Virus record (IMG/VR): IMGVR_UViG_3300047471_000162
Location: 32,001-96,000 of that record
Reading direction: 5' to 3' (one strand)
From: a virus
DNA: 64,000 bases
The position numbers were made by a program, and so were the translations under genes. Positions 28,337 through 37,544 of this stretch are shown in pieces; the stretch's first letter is position 1; each line of letters opens with the position of its first letter. A model generated the notes under the pieces. It had not been told where the DNA came from and ran no database searches. It was given only the letters and a program-made list of their open reading frames with translations.

Positions 28337-30756
28337 TGCCATTGCCAAAAATAAGCACACTTAATAATGTCTACATCAATGGTGTACTTAATAAACAATG
28401 GAACGCCAATGGTGGAACTTTTGGGTTAGTAAATCCTGTCGACTTTATCACCTCAACATATGGTGCTAATGGCTATGGGCAGAATTACTATGGTGGAGTT
28501 ATTCCTAACTCTGCTACACCGTATGTTCAAGCTACATCTGTACCTAGCTTTTTCGGTGCGTCACTATATGACGCATCTAATAGTAGTTTCTCAGCACAGA
28601 TCACAGCAGCGCCTAATGGTAGTGGCTCGGTACAAACTTCTATTGTAATGAAGCAGGATGAGCATAACTATGTAGAAATGTATGTAGGTCCTGATGGTAA
28701 GTTTGGTGGGTATTCTTCTAATGGGGGAATACCTGCTATCCCTACTCAGCTATTTCCTGCGTATAACCCTATAGCTCACGCTTACTGGAGAATAAGAAAT
28801 GATACTTTCTTATTCTTCTTCGAAGCTTCTCCTGATGGAGCCACTTGGACTACTCTAGCTAGTATTAATTACAGTTGGGATATTACTTCTGTAACTCTCA
28901 TGTTCTTTGCCGGATATTCTGGTAAAGAGGATCAAGGTTTACGCGCGTTTATAAACCATGTAAATCAAAACACTGTTTCTACAGTCCTATCTGCTAAAGT
29001 ACAGAATTCTTCGTTTATTCATGGTGCTGTAGTAGTAACAAATCCCAACGCACTATCCGGAACGGCTTCGGGCTTCAGTGGAAGAAATTCCACCTTCCAT
29101 GCGGTCAGTGGAATAGGTCAGGGTGGTCTTACCGACTTTGGTGTTGTACAAATTGGTCATGATGATCCGGCTACCGCCAGAATAATCTCTTATATACCAG
29201 TAAATATCAGTGGTGGAGCCTCTGTTGCTTGGGCTCGCAGCTATAACACTATGGTTCCTGCGGCACCTTATCGTGATGGAAGTTATTGGCAACCAGGAAA
29301 GACAGCTATTCTTAACGTTGGTGCACAGTCAGTAAACGATACATTCCAGCAAGCTATGACTAGCGTTCAATTCGAGAAGACTCCAGGATCATTCAATAGA
29401 CTGAATCCTAATGTAGCTTTTTACACCGACACCTGCGAATTCGCGGCTCAAAAGTCTCTATCAGGTAATGGTGTAGGTTCTCAGAATGTCACCCGCAGCA
29501 AAGACATAGCCTATGCTGGAAACTTCTCCGGGAAGATGGTGTTTGGTGGCTCTCCAGCTACTGATGGATCCGGACATACAGCTTACTGGCCTTATCCAAC
29601 GCGCAAAGCGTTAACACCAATCATTAACAATACTTTAGGGCAGGAAACAGTAAGAGGATCAGTAGCCTTAAATACAACAAGAGCTGGAACCCAATGGTAT
29701 CCAGCCCTGGCTATCTATGATGCTAACTTCAACCTGCTTTCGCAAAGCACATTCCTTTCTGCATCAGTACCCACGTTAGTTACACACCCTGGTGGAGGAA
29801 ACTGGCAAGTGGCTTCTGTTCTTCTACCAACAGGTATAACTGCGGCTCGATGGATAAGTGTAGTACCTGTAGTTATCGTCCCTGGAACTACACCAGAGAC
29901 TGTCTATATGAGTGATCATACGATTGTGGGTATTACTCCTACAATCTCGTCATATCCGTCTACTTATGTAGATCCTCAGCAATATACTATTTCACTGAAA
30001 CCAGATCGTCTGAACTATGCAGCTAATTCTGGATTCCCCGCCAATATAGACGGATGGAACATAGCATCTGATGGAACCTCTGGTAGCCCCGATTCTTTGT
30101 CTCTGAGTTGGGACAGCACTATTGGATTTAATTCATTAGGATCTTTGAAAGCGCACTTAGCAGCACCTTCTGGTACCTACACAGGTACTGCTAATGCAAG
30201 AACTGGACCAGCTAGTTATCTAGTAAGTACTACATCTTCTATGTTCCCAATAATCCAAGGTTTGAAGGTAGGTCACACATATACCTTCTCTGCTTGGATC
30301 AAGCAAGGTGTTGGTTGTCCAGATATCCAGATGCATATTCTTGATCCTAACTACACTGGTCTTTATAACACTAGTTTGAGTCATATTCAGAATACTGATC
30401 CCAGTGCTAGCCAAGGAGGATGGCATAGAATGTATGCCACCTTTACTATTCCACCCGACGGGGGTTCTGATTACCGACTATGGTTTACCGTGCAGTATAC
30501 CGACATAGTAGCTTTGGCTCCCTTCGATTTCTGGATTGATTCTATTCTGGTAGAAGAGACTTCACTGGTAGGTACTTATTTTGATGGTGGTTTTGCTTCT
30601 CCTGAATACCAGTATGAAATGCAAGGTGGACCTGACAATAGATCTTATTACTACAAGGACTACACCAATAAGCTGGCTAGAATTAATGCAATAATTCCTC
30701 AGTATGCTCCTATAGCCTCTTCATATAAGTTATTAACTGCACAACCTCCTACATAA
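28336..30756 (+). CDS. Tail protein with carbohydrate-binding-like domains
   Basis: GHTYTFSAWIK, GWHRMYATF, IDSILVEE..YFDG motifs. Confidence 0.65.
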   Translation: MPLPKISTLNNVYINGVLNKQWNANGGTFGLVNPVDFITSTYGANGYGQNYYGGVIPNSATPYVQATSVPSFFGASLYDASNSSFSAQITAAPNGSGSVQTSIVMKQDEHNYVEMYVGPDGKFGGYSSNGGIPAIPTQLFPAYNPIAHAYWRIRNDTFLFFFEASPDGATWTTLASINYSWDITSVTLMFFAGYSGKEDQGLRAFINHVNQNTVSTVLSAKVQNSSFIHGAVVVTNPNALSGTASGFSGRNSTFHAVSGIGQGGLTDFGVVQIGHDDPATARIISYIPVNISGGASVAWARSYNTMVPAAPYRDGSYWQPGKTAILNVGAQSVNDTFQQAMTSVQFEKTPGSFNRLNPNVAFYTDTCEFAAQKSLSGNGVGSQNVTRSKDIAYAGNFSGKMVFGGSPATDGSGHTAYWPYPTRKALTPIINNTLGQETVRGSVALNTTRAGTQWYPALAIYDANFNLLSQSTFLSASVPTLVTHPGGGNWQVASVLLPTGITAARWISVVPVVIVPGTTPETVYMSDHTIVGITPTISSYPSTYVDPQQYTISLKPDRLNYAANSGFPANIDGWNIASDGTSGSPDSLSLSWDSTIGFNSLGSLKAHLAAPSGTYTGTANARTGPASYLVSTTSSMFPIIQGLKVGHTYTFSAWIKQGVGCPDIQMHILDPNYTGLYNTSLSHIQNTDPSASQGGWHRMYATFTIPPDGGSDYRLWFTVQYTDIVALAPFDFWIDSILVEETSLVGTYFDGGFASPEYQYEMQGGPDNRSYYYKDYTNKLARINAIIPQYAPIASSYKLLTAQPPT

Positions 30757-30776
30757 TTAAATAGTAAATACATATT

Positions 30777-30823
30777 TAAAGGGTATATCTAGTAGTAATT
30801 ATTACTATTAGATATACCCTTTA
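30777..30823. repeat. 23-bp inverted repeat (1 mismatch, 1-nt spacer) in AT-rich DNA
   Basis: TAAAGGGTATATCTAGTAGTAAT-T-ATTACTATTAGATATACCCTTTA. Confidence 0.9.
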
Positions 30824-30839
30824 GTTGTGTATAAAGACA

Positions 30840-30868
30840 AGTGTAGTACCGTCTGGGGTGTCTGTCAA
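30840..30868 (-). promoter_or_regulatory. Leftward sigma70/HrdB-type promoter
   Basis: Minus strand TTGACA-17 nt-TACACT. Confidence 0.7.
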
Positions 30869-30913
30869 GGTGTGCTAGGCTGTAGCCATCACACACTTCA
30901 AGAGGAGATATAC

Positions 30914-31180
30914 ATGATCATCGCAGCAGTAGCTCTAGCAACCTTCTGGGCATGGCAATTTATCTTTGCCTATGTCCCTTGGTTACCTGATTATGTTGCG
31001 CATTTCTTAGTACCTCTTATGGCATTCGGATTCTTCTTTTTACCTCAGATATTCTTATTACCCTTAGCAGTAGCTGCCATTGTTGGGTTGCTTCATAGAC
31101 TAGCTAACTCTATGCTGAGAACAAATACTCAGGTGACTCTGCCTAAGCGTAGATCAAATATTCCGCCTCCACCACGTTGA
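30914..31180 (+). CDS. Membrane protein, holin-like
   Basis: GAGGAG RBS; 2-3 hydrophobic segments and a basic C-terminus; extended -10 TGcTAGGCT at 30873-30881. Confidence 0.5.
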   Translation: MIIAAVALATFWAWQFIFAYVPWLPDYVAHFLVPLMAFGFFFLPQIFLLPLAVAAIVGLLHRLANSMLRTNTQVTLPKRRSNIPPPPR

Positions 31181-31205
31181 CATCCCCGCCCTTCTGGACT
31201 AGAGT
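31177..31205 (+). promoter_or_regulatory. Host-type promoter opening the replication region
   Basis: TTGACA-17 nt-TAGAGT. Confidence 0.75.
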
Positions 31206-31247
31206 TCTTCTCATCAGCCCAGCAGGGCAAACTTTTTGAGAGGAGCT

Positions 31248-32240
31248 ATGATGCAGGACTACACCAAGGATCTGACTATTCTTGTGGCGGGTACTGGCAG
31301 GACCAGTGTCAAGAATCTTGAAGCGAACATGCTTGATTTTATCTTTGGTCCTGCACCCTCTGAGGGTGAGGAGGAGCTTGAGCGTGATGTTGTAATTATT
31401 GTGCCTGAGTCATCTGATATTCCTGCTGGTATTTCTACACTCCTTCAGTGGGGTGAGGAGCATGGTATGGAGTTCTCCCTTATTCAGGGAGAGGACGATC
31501 GAGAAGCTATGGAAAAGGCATTCGAAGAGATTGCCATTGCTCATGGTTCTGGTCGTGAGACTGCTATGGTTATGCTCTATGATCCCAGTAGCAAGTATGA
31601 GAAGGGTAGCAATGATCTTTCTGACCGAGAGATCATTGGGGATGCTAAAAACCATGCTTGGCTCAAGACGTATAATCTCTGCGAAGGACTCATTGATTCC
31701 TTTGATGGTTTCGAGACCACTGATGAGCGGCTGAAGCGTGAGCGCCTTCAGAAAGAGTACGATGCTGAGTTGAAGCGCAAGGAAGCAGAGGACAAGCCTG
31801 TCAAGAAGGCAGTAGCTAAGAAGGCTACAGTGCCCCGTAAGCAGGCTGCCAGCAAGGCAGTGGCAGCAGTAGACAAGCCTCTCACGGAAGAGGCTCAGAA
31901 GCCCCTTGTAGCCCCTCTAGAGACTGCTTGTGTTCATTACTTCTTGCGGGGAGATGAGCAGAAGGATACTGATCCGCTAATCTGTAAGAACTGTGGAGAA
32001 CTTGATCCGGAGAAGCCTCTAGAGCTGTCTGGTACTATCGCTATCAAGCCCACTCTACCTACTGATCTTTCTCCTGTACCTGACGAGGTTTGGAAGGATG
32101 TTGCTAAGGCAGTACCCTCTACCAGCACTGTCACTGTTAAGAAGGAAGACCTGGCCTTGCTGGGTAACTCCATCAAGGATATGGCAGTAGCATTCAGCGA
32201 CGCCATGAAGGTATTTACGCAGATTCTGGAGGATAACTAA
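31248..32240 (+). CDS. Hypothetical protein (acidic domain plus K/A-rich linker)
   Basis: GAGGAG RBS behind the promoter. Confidence 0.6.
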   Translation: MMQDYTKDLTILVAGTGRTSVKNLEANMLDFIFGPAPSEGEEELERDVVIIVPESSDIPAGISTLLQWGEEHGMEFSLIQGEDDREAMEKAFEEIAIAHGSGRETAMVMLYDPSSKYEKGSNDLSDREIIGDAKNHAWLKTYNLCEGLIDSFDGFETTDERLKRERLQKEYDAELKRKEAEDKPVKKAVAKKATVPRKQAASKAVAAVDKPLTEEAQKPLVAPLETACVHYFLRGDEQKDTDPLICKNCGELDPEKPLELSGTIAIKPTLPTDLSPVPDEVWKDVAKAVPSTSTVTVKKEDLALLGNSIKDMAVAFSDAMKVFTQILEDN

Positions 32241-32475
32241 TAGCCTATCCAGTGATAAACACTGTGCACATTGTCCCTATTGACCCGATCAGTATTCTAA
32301 TTCTTGCTTTGATAGAGTTGTTCATTATACTCCTAGCATTAGGAGTACTTCTGTATACCTATACCACTAAGGACGCATGAGTATATGACAAGCCAGGATT
32401 TCCTGGACGACCTATAATAGGACTTCCCTTTTGATGTTACACTAGAAGAAATTCTATCAAAAGGGAAGTCTTATT

Positions 32476-33066
32476 ATGTTTACTAGAAAATGCGGTACTT
32501 GCGCCCAGGATAAGCCACTAATATCCTTCGGCTTAAAATCTAAAGACCCCGTGAAATATCACTACACATGTCTAGAATGTGTAGCTGTATATTTAAAAAA
32601 TCGCAAGTCCGAATTAAAAGCCTCATCAGGGGGTTGTATAGTTTCTCGTTGCAGATTCTCAGCAGAAGATACTATGTGTGCTCGCCACACTTTACGTTGG
32701 TCATATATATCTACCTTTACCAAGGTAGTACAAACAGGTGACGAATGGTATCACCTATTAGGTAGCGCGGGCACTAAGGGTCCTGATGGGTATATAAAGA
32801 TCAAGTTTTCTAGCCATCCAAATAGTAAATTACATGGGGCTTTGCCAGAACACACCTTAGTTATGACATACATGGTGGGTAGAGCCCTATTCCCTGGGGA
32901 AAATGTTCATCATAAAAATGGTGTACGAGATGATAATCGTCCAGAAAATCTGGAACTTTGGTCAAAATCGCAACCTGCTGGTCAACGAATAGACGATAAA
33001 GTAAACTGGGCAATTGAATTACTTAGTGTATATAAGCCGGAGGTATTAATTAATGGTGTCCGATGA
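32476..33066 (+). CDS. HNH homing endonuclease
   Basis: ENVHHKNGVRDDNRPENLELW. Confidence 0.88.
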   Translation: MFTRKCGTCAQDKPLISFGLKSKDPVKYHYTCLECVAVYLKNRKSELKASSGGCIVSRCRFSAEDTMCARHTLRWSYISTFTKVVQTGDEWYHLLGSAGTKGPDGYIKIKFSSHPNSKLHGALPEHTLVMTYMVGRALFPGENVHHKNGVRDDNRPENLELWSKSQPAGQRIDDKVNWAIELLSVYKPEVLINGVR

Positions 33067-33475
33067 ATTTTTAATAGATCTATGGGGATCTCCAGAACCG
33101 GAGGTTCCCATTAAGTCGTCTGTATTTAATTCAATTACACTTACCAAATACTTTCAGGATAGGCTATTGTCTTCATCCTGGTATAAAGGTTTTGGTATTG
33201 TCAATCAGCGCGCTATGGCTGGTCAGTTGTCACAGTGGAAGCGCCTAGGAGTACCAGCTGATACAGTCTATGCCATGATAGATCTCTACATGGAGGACTA
33301 CACTATGAGAGGTAAGTCCCCTAGTTGGCAGGACTTCATCTATCAACGTGATAAGCTTGCGTCTTCTCTTCCGAACACAGGAGATAAGTCGCAGCTTGAC
33401 ACAGACCCCCTGCTTGAGGCAGACTACAACCCAGAAGAAGCCATGCGCCAGTATCTTGCAGAGAGGAATAACTAG
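33053..33475 (+). CDS. Hypothetical protein, possible replication initiator
   Basis: GGAGG RBS; coupled to the DnaC-like gene. Confidence 0.45.
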   Translation: MVSDEFLIDLWGSPEPEVPIKSSVFNSITLTKYFQDRLLSSSWYKGFGIVNQRAMAGQLSQWKRLGVPADTVYAMIDLYMEDYTMRGKSPSWQDFIYQRDKLASSLPNTGDKSQLDTDPLLEADYNPEEAMRQYLAERNN

Positions 33476-34149
33476 TGGCATTCTCTAAGGAGTTCTATGA
33501 TGGTCGATGGGAGCAGGCCAATATTCCCATCAAGATGCGAGGATTTCGTATAAAAGACTATAAGCCGGTGAGTAACAGTGGTGGAGTAGCTGCCCTTAAG
33601 GCTCAAGATTTTATTGATGACTTCTCCAATCGTTTTATCTCAGACAATCGAGCCGCTGCCGGTGATCTTCCTGAGGATAGGTCCCGAATCGGACAGGGTA
33701 TGATGCTGCTCGGCCCCAATGGCACGCGTAAGACTACTCTTGGGATTGCTGTACTGACTGAGCTACAGTATATTTCTCTTAGCTACCGTGGTTTCTATAT
33801 TCGTTTCTCCGAGTGGCAGCGCTGCCTTACTGATACTTATAGTAAAGATAACAGTGCACGTATTACAACTGCCAAGAAGATGCTAGCCCTGGCAGAATTT
33901 ATGCCAATCGTACTTCTTGATGACCTTGGGCAGGAGTACCGCACAGCTTCTGGTTTTACTCGTGATAAGTTTAATGAGTTTCTACGTGTACGCTATGATG
34001 CGGCACGTCCTACTATCGTAACTACTAATGAAGATCCTGACAGCATTCGAGAGATCTATGGTAAGAGCCTTGACAGCTTCCGCCATGATGCTTTTGGTGA
34101 GCCTATCCAGCTGCTTGGTCGGGATTCTCGTAAGCCTGGAAGGAATTAA
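33475..34149 (+). CDS. DnaC/IstB-like helicase loader
   Basis: GPNGTRKT, LLDDLGQE, RYDAARPTIVTTN. Confidence 0.85.
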   Translation: MAFSKEFYDGRWEQANIPIKMRGFRIKDYKPVSNSGGVAALKAQDFIDDFSNRFISDNRAAAGDLPEDRSRIGQGMMLLGPNGTRKTTLGIAVLTELQYISLSYRGFYIRFSEWQRCLTDTYSKDNSARITTAKKMLALAEFMPIVLLDDLGQEYRTASGFTRDKFNEFLRVRYDAARPTIVTTNEDPDSIREIYGKSLDSFRHDAFGEPIQLLGRDSRKPGRN

Positions 34150-34151
34150 CT

Positions 34152-34397
34152 ATGGAAGAATCCCGAAATATCTATGATATCCTCTCGAAAATTGAGTGGG
34201 AGGGTGGTATAGATGCAGTTTTGGATTATGGAATGCGTAATATTGATGAGTATGATGTCCCTGGTGAGTTGAAGGAGCAATGGGCAGAGATGTGCGATGC
34301 CTATGCGGAGTTCGAGACTTTGCGCGATGAAATGGACAGAGCTCTATCACGTTTTGAGATTGAGTATGGAGAGAAGAATCCTACAGAGGAGTACTAA
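34152..34397 (+). CDS. Small acidic hypothetical protein
   Basis: Tightly packed in the operon with an RBS. Confidence 0.6.
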   Translation: MEESRNIYDILSKIEWEGGIDAVLDYGMRNIDEYDVPGELKEQWAEMCDAYAEFETLRDEMDRALSRFEIEYGEKNPTEEY

Positions 34398-34582
34398 TGT
34401 CATATGAGTACGAGATTGATAAGATTATCACTGTGTTTGACGCGCAGAATATGGAGGAGAGTGAGCTTCAGAGATTCCGCGAGTATCTTCGAGATATCCT
34501 TGATGACTTTGAGGACGCAGCTTATTATCGCGGCATGGATTCTGTTCATGCGTGTTGTGATGATGGGTGTGGTTACTACTAA
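34397..34582 (+). CDS. Small hypothetical protein
   Basis: TAATG coupling; GAGGAG RBS. Confidence 0.55.
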   Translation: MSYEYEIDKIITVFDAQNMEESELQRFREYLRDILDDFEDAAYYRGMDSVHACCDDGCGYY

Positions 34583-34740
34583 TGATGGATACTTTCGCTG
34601 AGATTTATCAGGCTAAGTTCTACTGTGTGGAGTGTGACTCAGTAGTTATTCTTGTCTCTTGGAAGGATATCCTCAATAGTGGTGGAGTTCAGCGCTGTGA
34701 TTGTTCCGACTTCGAAGATGAAGAGGAGGATGACGAGTGA
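34582..34740 (+). CDS. Zinc-ribbon micro-protein (not in ORF track)
   Basis: MMDTFAEIYQAKFYCVEC...RCDC...DDE*; coupled to both neighbours. Confidence 0.6.
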   Translation: MMDTFAEIYQAKFYCVECDSVVILVSWKDILNSGGVQRCDCSDFEDEEEDDE

Positions 34741-35429
34741 ATATCGTACTTGAGGGCATCGTAGGCAGTACTGCCTACGGCCTTGCAACGCCTCTCTCAG
34801 ACGTTGACAAGCTAGGTATCATGCAACTCCCCACTACTCACTTCCTAGGGCTTTCTAGCCCCTCTGAGAGCTCTCTGAGCTATGTTTCTACAGAGCCTGA
34901 CGTGACCTATCATGACATCGGCAAGTTCAGCCGCTTGGCACTGAGTTGCAACCCAACGGTGACTGAGCTACTGTGGCTCCCTGATGACCTGTACACCGTG
35001 CGCACAGAGCTAGGTGATCTTCTTATCCAGTTCCGTATGGCGTTCCTTTCCGCACAGCGTGTGCAGGATGCCTACATGGGGTATGCTGTCTCTCAGTTCA
35101 AGCGATTGAGTGAGCGAGGAGACTTTGGATCGGATACACGTAACCGTATCCAGAAGCATGCACGTCACCTCTTGCGCCTGATGCATCAGGGGTATACTCT
35201 CTACTCAACAGGAGAGCTCCCGATCCGTCTGGAAGATCCCGAGCAGTACCACGCTTTCGGTAGACTGGTGGCTAAGAAGGCTAAATATGCTGAAGAGGCG
35301 GTTAGTAACTATCGTTTTATGTTCTCTAAGGCTGATACCGTACTTCCTGAGAAGCCAAATACTGAACTGATAGAAACAATTATTCTCAATACTCGTATAA
35401 ATTCTTTGAGGAGTAGCAGTGGAGATTGA
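34737..35429 (+). CDS. Pol-beta superfamily nucleotidyltransferase (RlaP-like)
   Basis: GSTAYGLATPLSDVD, NPTVTELLW, KHARHLLRL. Confidence 0.85.
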   Translation: MNIVLEGIVGSTAYGLATPLSDVDKLGIMQLPTTHFLGLSSPSESSLSYVSTEPDVTYHDIGKFSRLALSCNPTVTELLWLPDDLYTVRTELGDLLIQFRMAFLSAQRVQDAYMGYAVSQFKRLSERGDFGSDTRNRIQKHARHLLRLMHQGYTLYSTGELPIRLEDPEQYHAFGRLVAKKAKYAEEAVSNYRFMFSKADTVLPEKPNTELIETIILNTRINSLRSSSGD

Positions 35430-35595
35430 CTGGGACGACTATGTGATTGGTAACGACTGGGTAGATACGGGTAAGCGATTCGTTTACCATGATGTAAAGG
35501 GATGCCCCGATACTTCCGAGGAAGGTCTTTTCTCTCTTCAAGAGTTCATTGACTGGGCTCTAGAGCATCACGAGATTTGCAAGAAGGAGAATTAA
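35419..35595 (+). CDS. Small hypothetical protein (not in ORF track)
   Basis: GAGGAG plus GTG start; 58 aa filling the gap. Confidence 0.55.
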   Translation: MEIDWDDYVIGNDWVDTGKRFVYHDVKGCPDTSEEGLFSLQEFIDWALEHHEICKKEN

Positions 35596-35596
35596 A

Positions 35597-36517
35597 TTGA
35601 CCATCATCACACTTTGTTACGGATTGCCCAGTTCAGGAAAGAGTACTTGGGCTAAGGAAGAGGTTGCCAATAGCAATGGACAGATTGTTCGTGTGAATAT
35701 GGATGATATCCGTGCCATGCTAGGCTATGGTCCTACCACTACCAGGGAAGAAGCGGCTGTAGTTCATAAGGTTCAGGATCAGGCTATTCTTGCAGCTGTA
35801 AAGCTTGGAAAGAATGTCATTGTAGATAATACTCACCTGAACAAGTCTGGACCCAATCGAATTAAGAAGCTATTCGATGGTGAGATTGAGTTTAAGGTTC
35901 AAGATTTTACCCACATCTCTGTAGATGACTGTATCGCTGGGGATGATTTTCGCCGACAGTATGGTGAGCGTTATGTAGGCGAAAAGGTTATTCGTGATAT
36001 GGCTAAGCAGCTGAATAAGCCTTGGAGGCTTACAGCTGAAGCAATGAATCTTGTAGAGTATCCTCTTGACCCCTATATCCCAGATCTTGATTCACCGCTC
36101 GCTGTGGTACTTGACATTGACGGAACTCTTGCTAGGCATCACCGTAGTCCTTACGATTATGCTAGGCTTCACACTGATTCAGTTTTCGAAGAGATCAAGT
36201 TTCTTGCACAGCTCTATTTCGACGCCAATTACAATGTCTTTATTGTGTCTGGTCGTCCTGAAATGGATAATAAGGGAAATGATTATCGTGCAGAGACTCT
36301 AGCTTGGCTCTATAAGAATAAGATTCCTTTTGATGATCTATTCATGCGCCGTGCAACTGACAAGCGCGATGATCGTGACGTTAAACATGAGATCTTCAAC
36401 AATGAGTTCCGTGATAAGTACAATGTGGAGCTGTGGATTGACGATCGCAATCGTGTAGTTCAGCGTATGCGTAAGCTTGGTATCAAGGTTGCCCAAATTG
36501 CGGATGGAGATTTCTGA
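35597..36517 (+). CDS. pseT: Polynucleotide kinase / 3'-phosphatase (T4 PseT-like)
   Basis: GLPSSGKST P-loop, VDNTH, DIDGTL HAD motif, SGR, IDDR. Confidence 0.92.
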   Translation: MTIITLCYGLPSSGKSTWAKEEVANSNGQIVRVNMDDIRAMLGYGPTTTREEAAVVHKVQDQAILAAVKLGKNVIVDNTHLNKSGPNRIKKLFDGEIEFKVQDFTHISVDDCIAGDDFRRQYGERYVGEKVIRDMAKQLNKPWRLTAEAMNLVEYPLDPYIPDLDSPLAVVLDIDGTLARHHRSPYDYARLHTDSVFEEIKFLAQLYFDANYNVFIVSGRPEMDNKGNDYRAETLAWLYKNKIPFDDLFMRRATDKRDDRDVKHEIFNNEFRDKYNVELWIDDRNRVVQRMRKLGIKVAQIADGDF

Positions 36518-36520
36518 CCC

Positions 36521-36901
36521 ATGACTGATGATGAGATTGCCGAGCTTTTTAATTTCGTTAGTCCTTTTGATAGAAAGCCTAAGCGTCCAAAGCCAAAGGC
36601 TGAAGAGGCAACTCACGATAGCTGGACTGACTGTTCTGGTGTGAAGTACTGGGTGCACCGCTGGCGTATGAGCTGTCGCAACGGTTGTGCTATCCATGCG
36701 CCTAGTTTTCACAGCATGCGAGACTGGCCGCAGTTTATGCGAGAGACATGGTTGGTAGAGCGCATGTGCCCACATGGTATTGGACACCCGGACCCAGATA
36801 GTGTAGCCTTCTTCGAGAAGAATGGCGATACAGGCTTTGGTGTCCATGGTTGTGACGGATGTTGTTCTAAGGGAACCGGTAAGCACCGTAAGGAGAAGTA
36901 A
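36521..36901 (+). CDS. Cys/His-rich hypothetical protein
   Basis: ERMCPHGIGHPDPD..HGCDGCC. Confidence 0.65.
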   Translation: MTDDEIAELFNFVSPFDRKPKRPKPKAEEATHDSWTDCSGVKYWVHRWRMSCRNGCAIHAPSFHSMRDWPQFMRETWLVERMCPHGIGHPDPDSVAFFEKNGDTGFGVHGCDGCCSKGTGKHRKEK

Positions 36902-37071
36902 TGACTACTGCATTTGGCGCAGAGGATTGGTACCCTGAGTTAGCTGCGGAGATTGATGAGGCTATGACTCTGGATGATCTAATGTCCATGGATGAGATTG
37001 ACGCCATGGTAGAGAAGTTTTCAGAGCTGCTTGCTGGTCTAACAGCAGCACCAGAGGTAGAGTATCCATAA
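36901..37071 (+). CDS. Small acidic protein (not in ORF track)
   Basis: AAGGAG RBS; TAATG coupling at both ends. Confidence 0.6.
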   Translation: MTTAFGAEDWYPELAAEIDEAMTLDDLMSMDEIDAMVEKFSELLAGLTAAPEVEYP

Positions 37072-37526
37072 TGCAAAAGGGAGAACTCAGCAATGAGATT
37101 CTTCCCCGAGTTTATATAGTTTTTGAGGGACTTATAGGCATCCTCCCGGATGCCAAAACTAAAGCCCTCGAAGCACTGGCGCGTAAAAGAAAGAAATGGG
37201 AACAAGCTACTTCCTATTACCAACTGAATGTGTCAACTTCGGGTGGAATGCGGGATCTGTATTGGCGGCATCGCTTTCGAGTGGATGTCATTACCTTTAT
37301 GGATCCCGCATTTGTCTCTCCTATACGCGATAGGCTCGATGGTAGGAATCTATTATTTGGTGACGTGCATTACTACACATCCGCCACGGAGTTGAGTAGA
37401 GATATGGTTTACGACCAATCAATTCTAGGCGTGCTTGATCCAGACCCGTCCCATACGCTAGTGTACGGATCACGTGGAAGACACTGTCCTCCCGAACGAC
37501 TCAATCTACTACAGCTTTTGGTTTAA
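37071..37526 (+). CDS. Hypothetical protein, degenerate HAD-like fold
   Basis: YIVFEGLIG resembles HAD motif I; precedes DnaB. Confidence 0.5.
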   Translation: MQKGELSNEILPRVYIVFEGLIGILPDAKTKALEALARKRKKWEQATSYYQLNVSTSGGMRDLYWRHRFRVDVITFMDPAFVSPIRDRLDGRNLLFGDVHYYTSATELSRDMVYDQSILGVLDPDPSHTLVYGSRGRHCPPERLNLLQLLV

Positions 37527-37544
37527 CAATATGAAAGGAGACGA

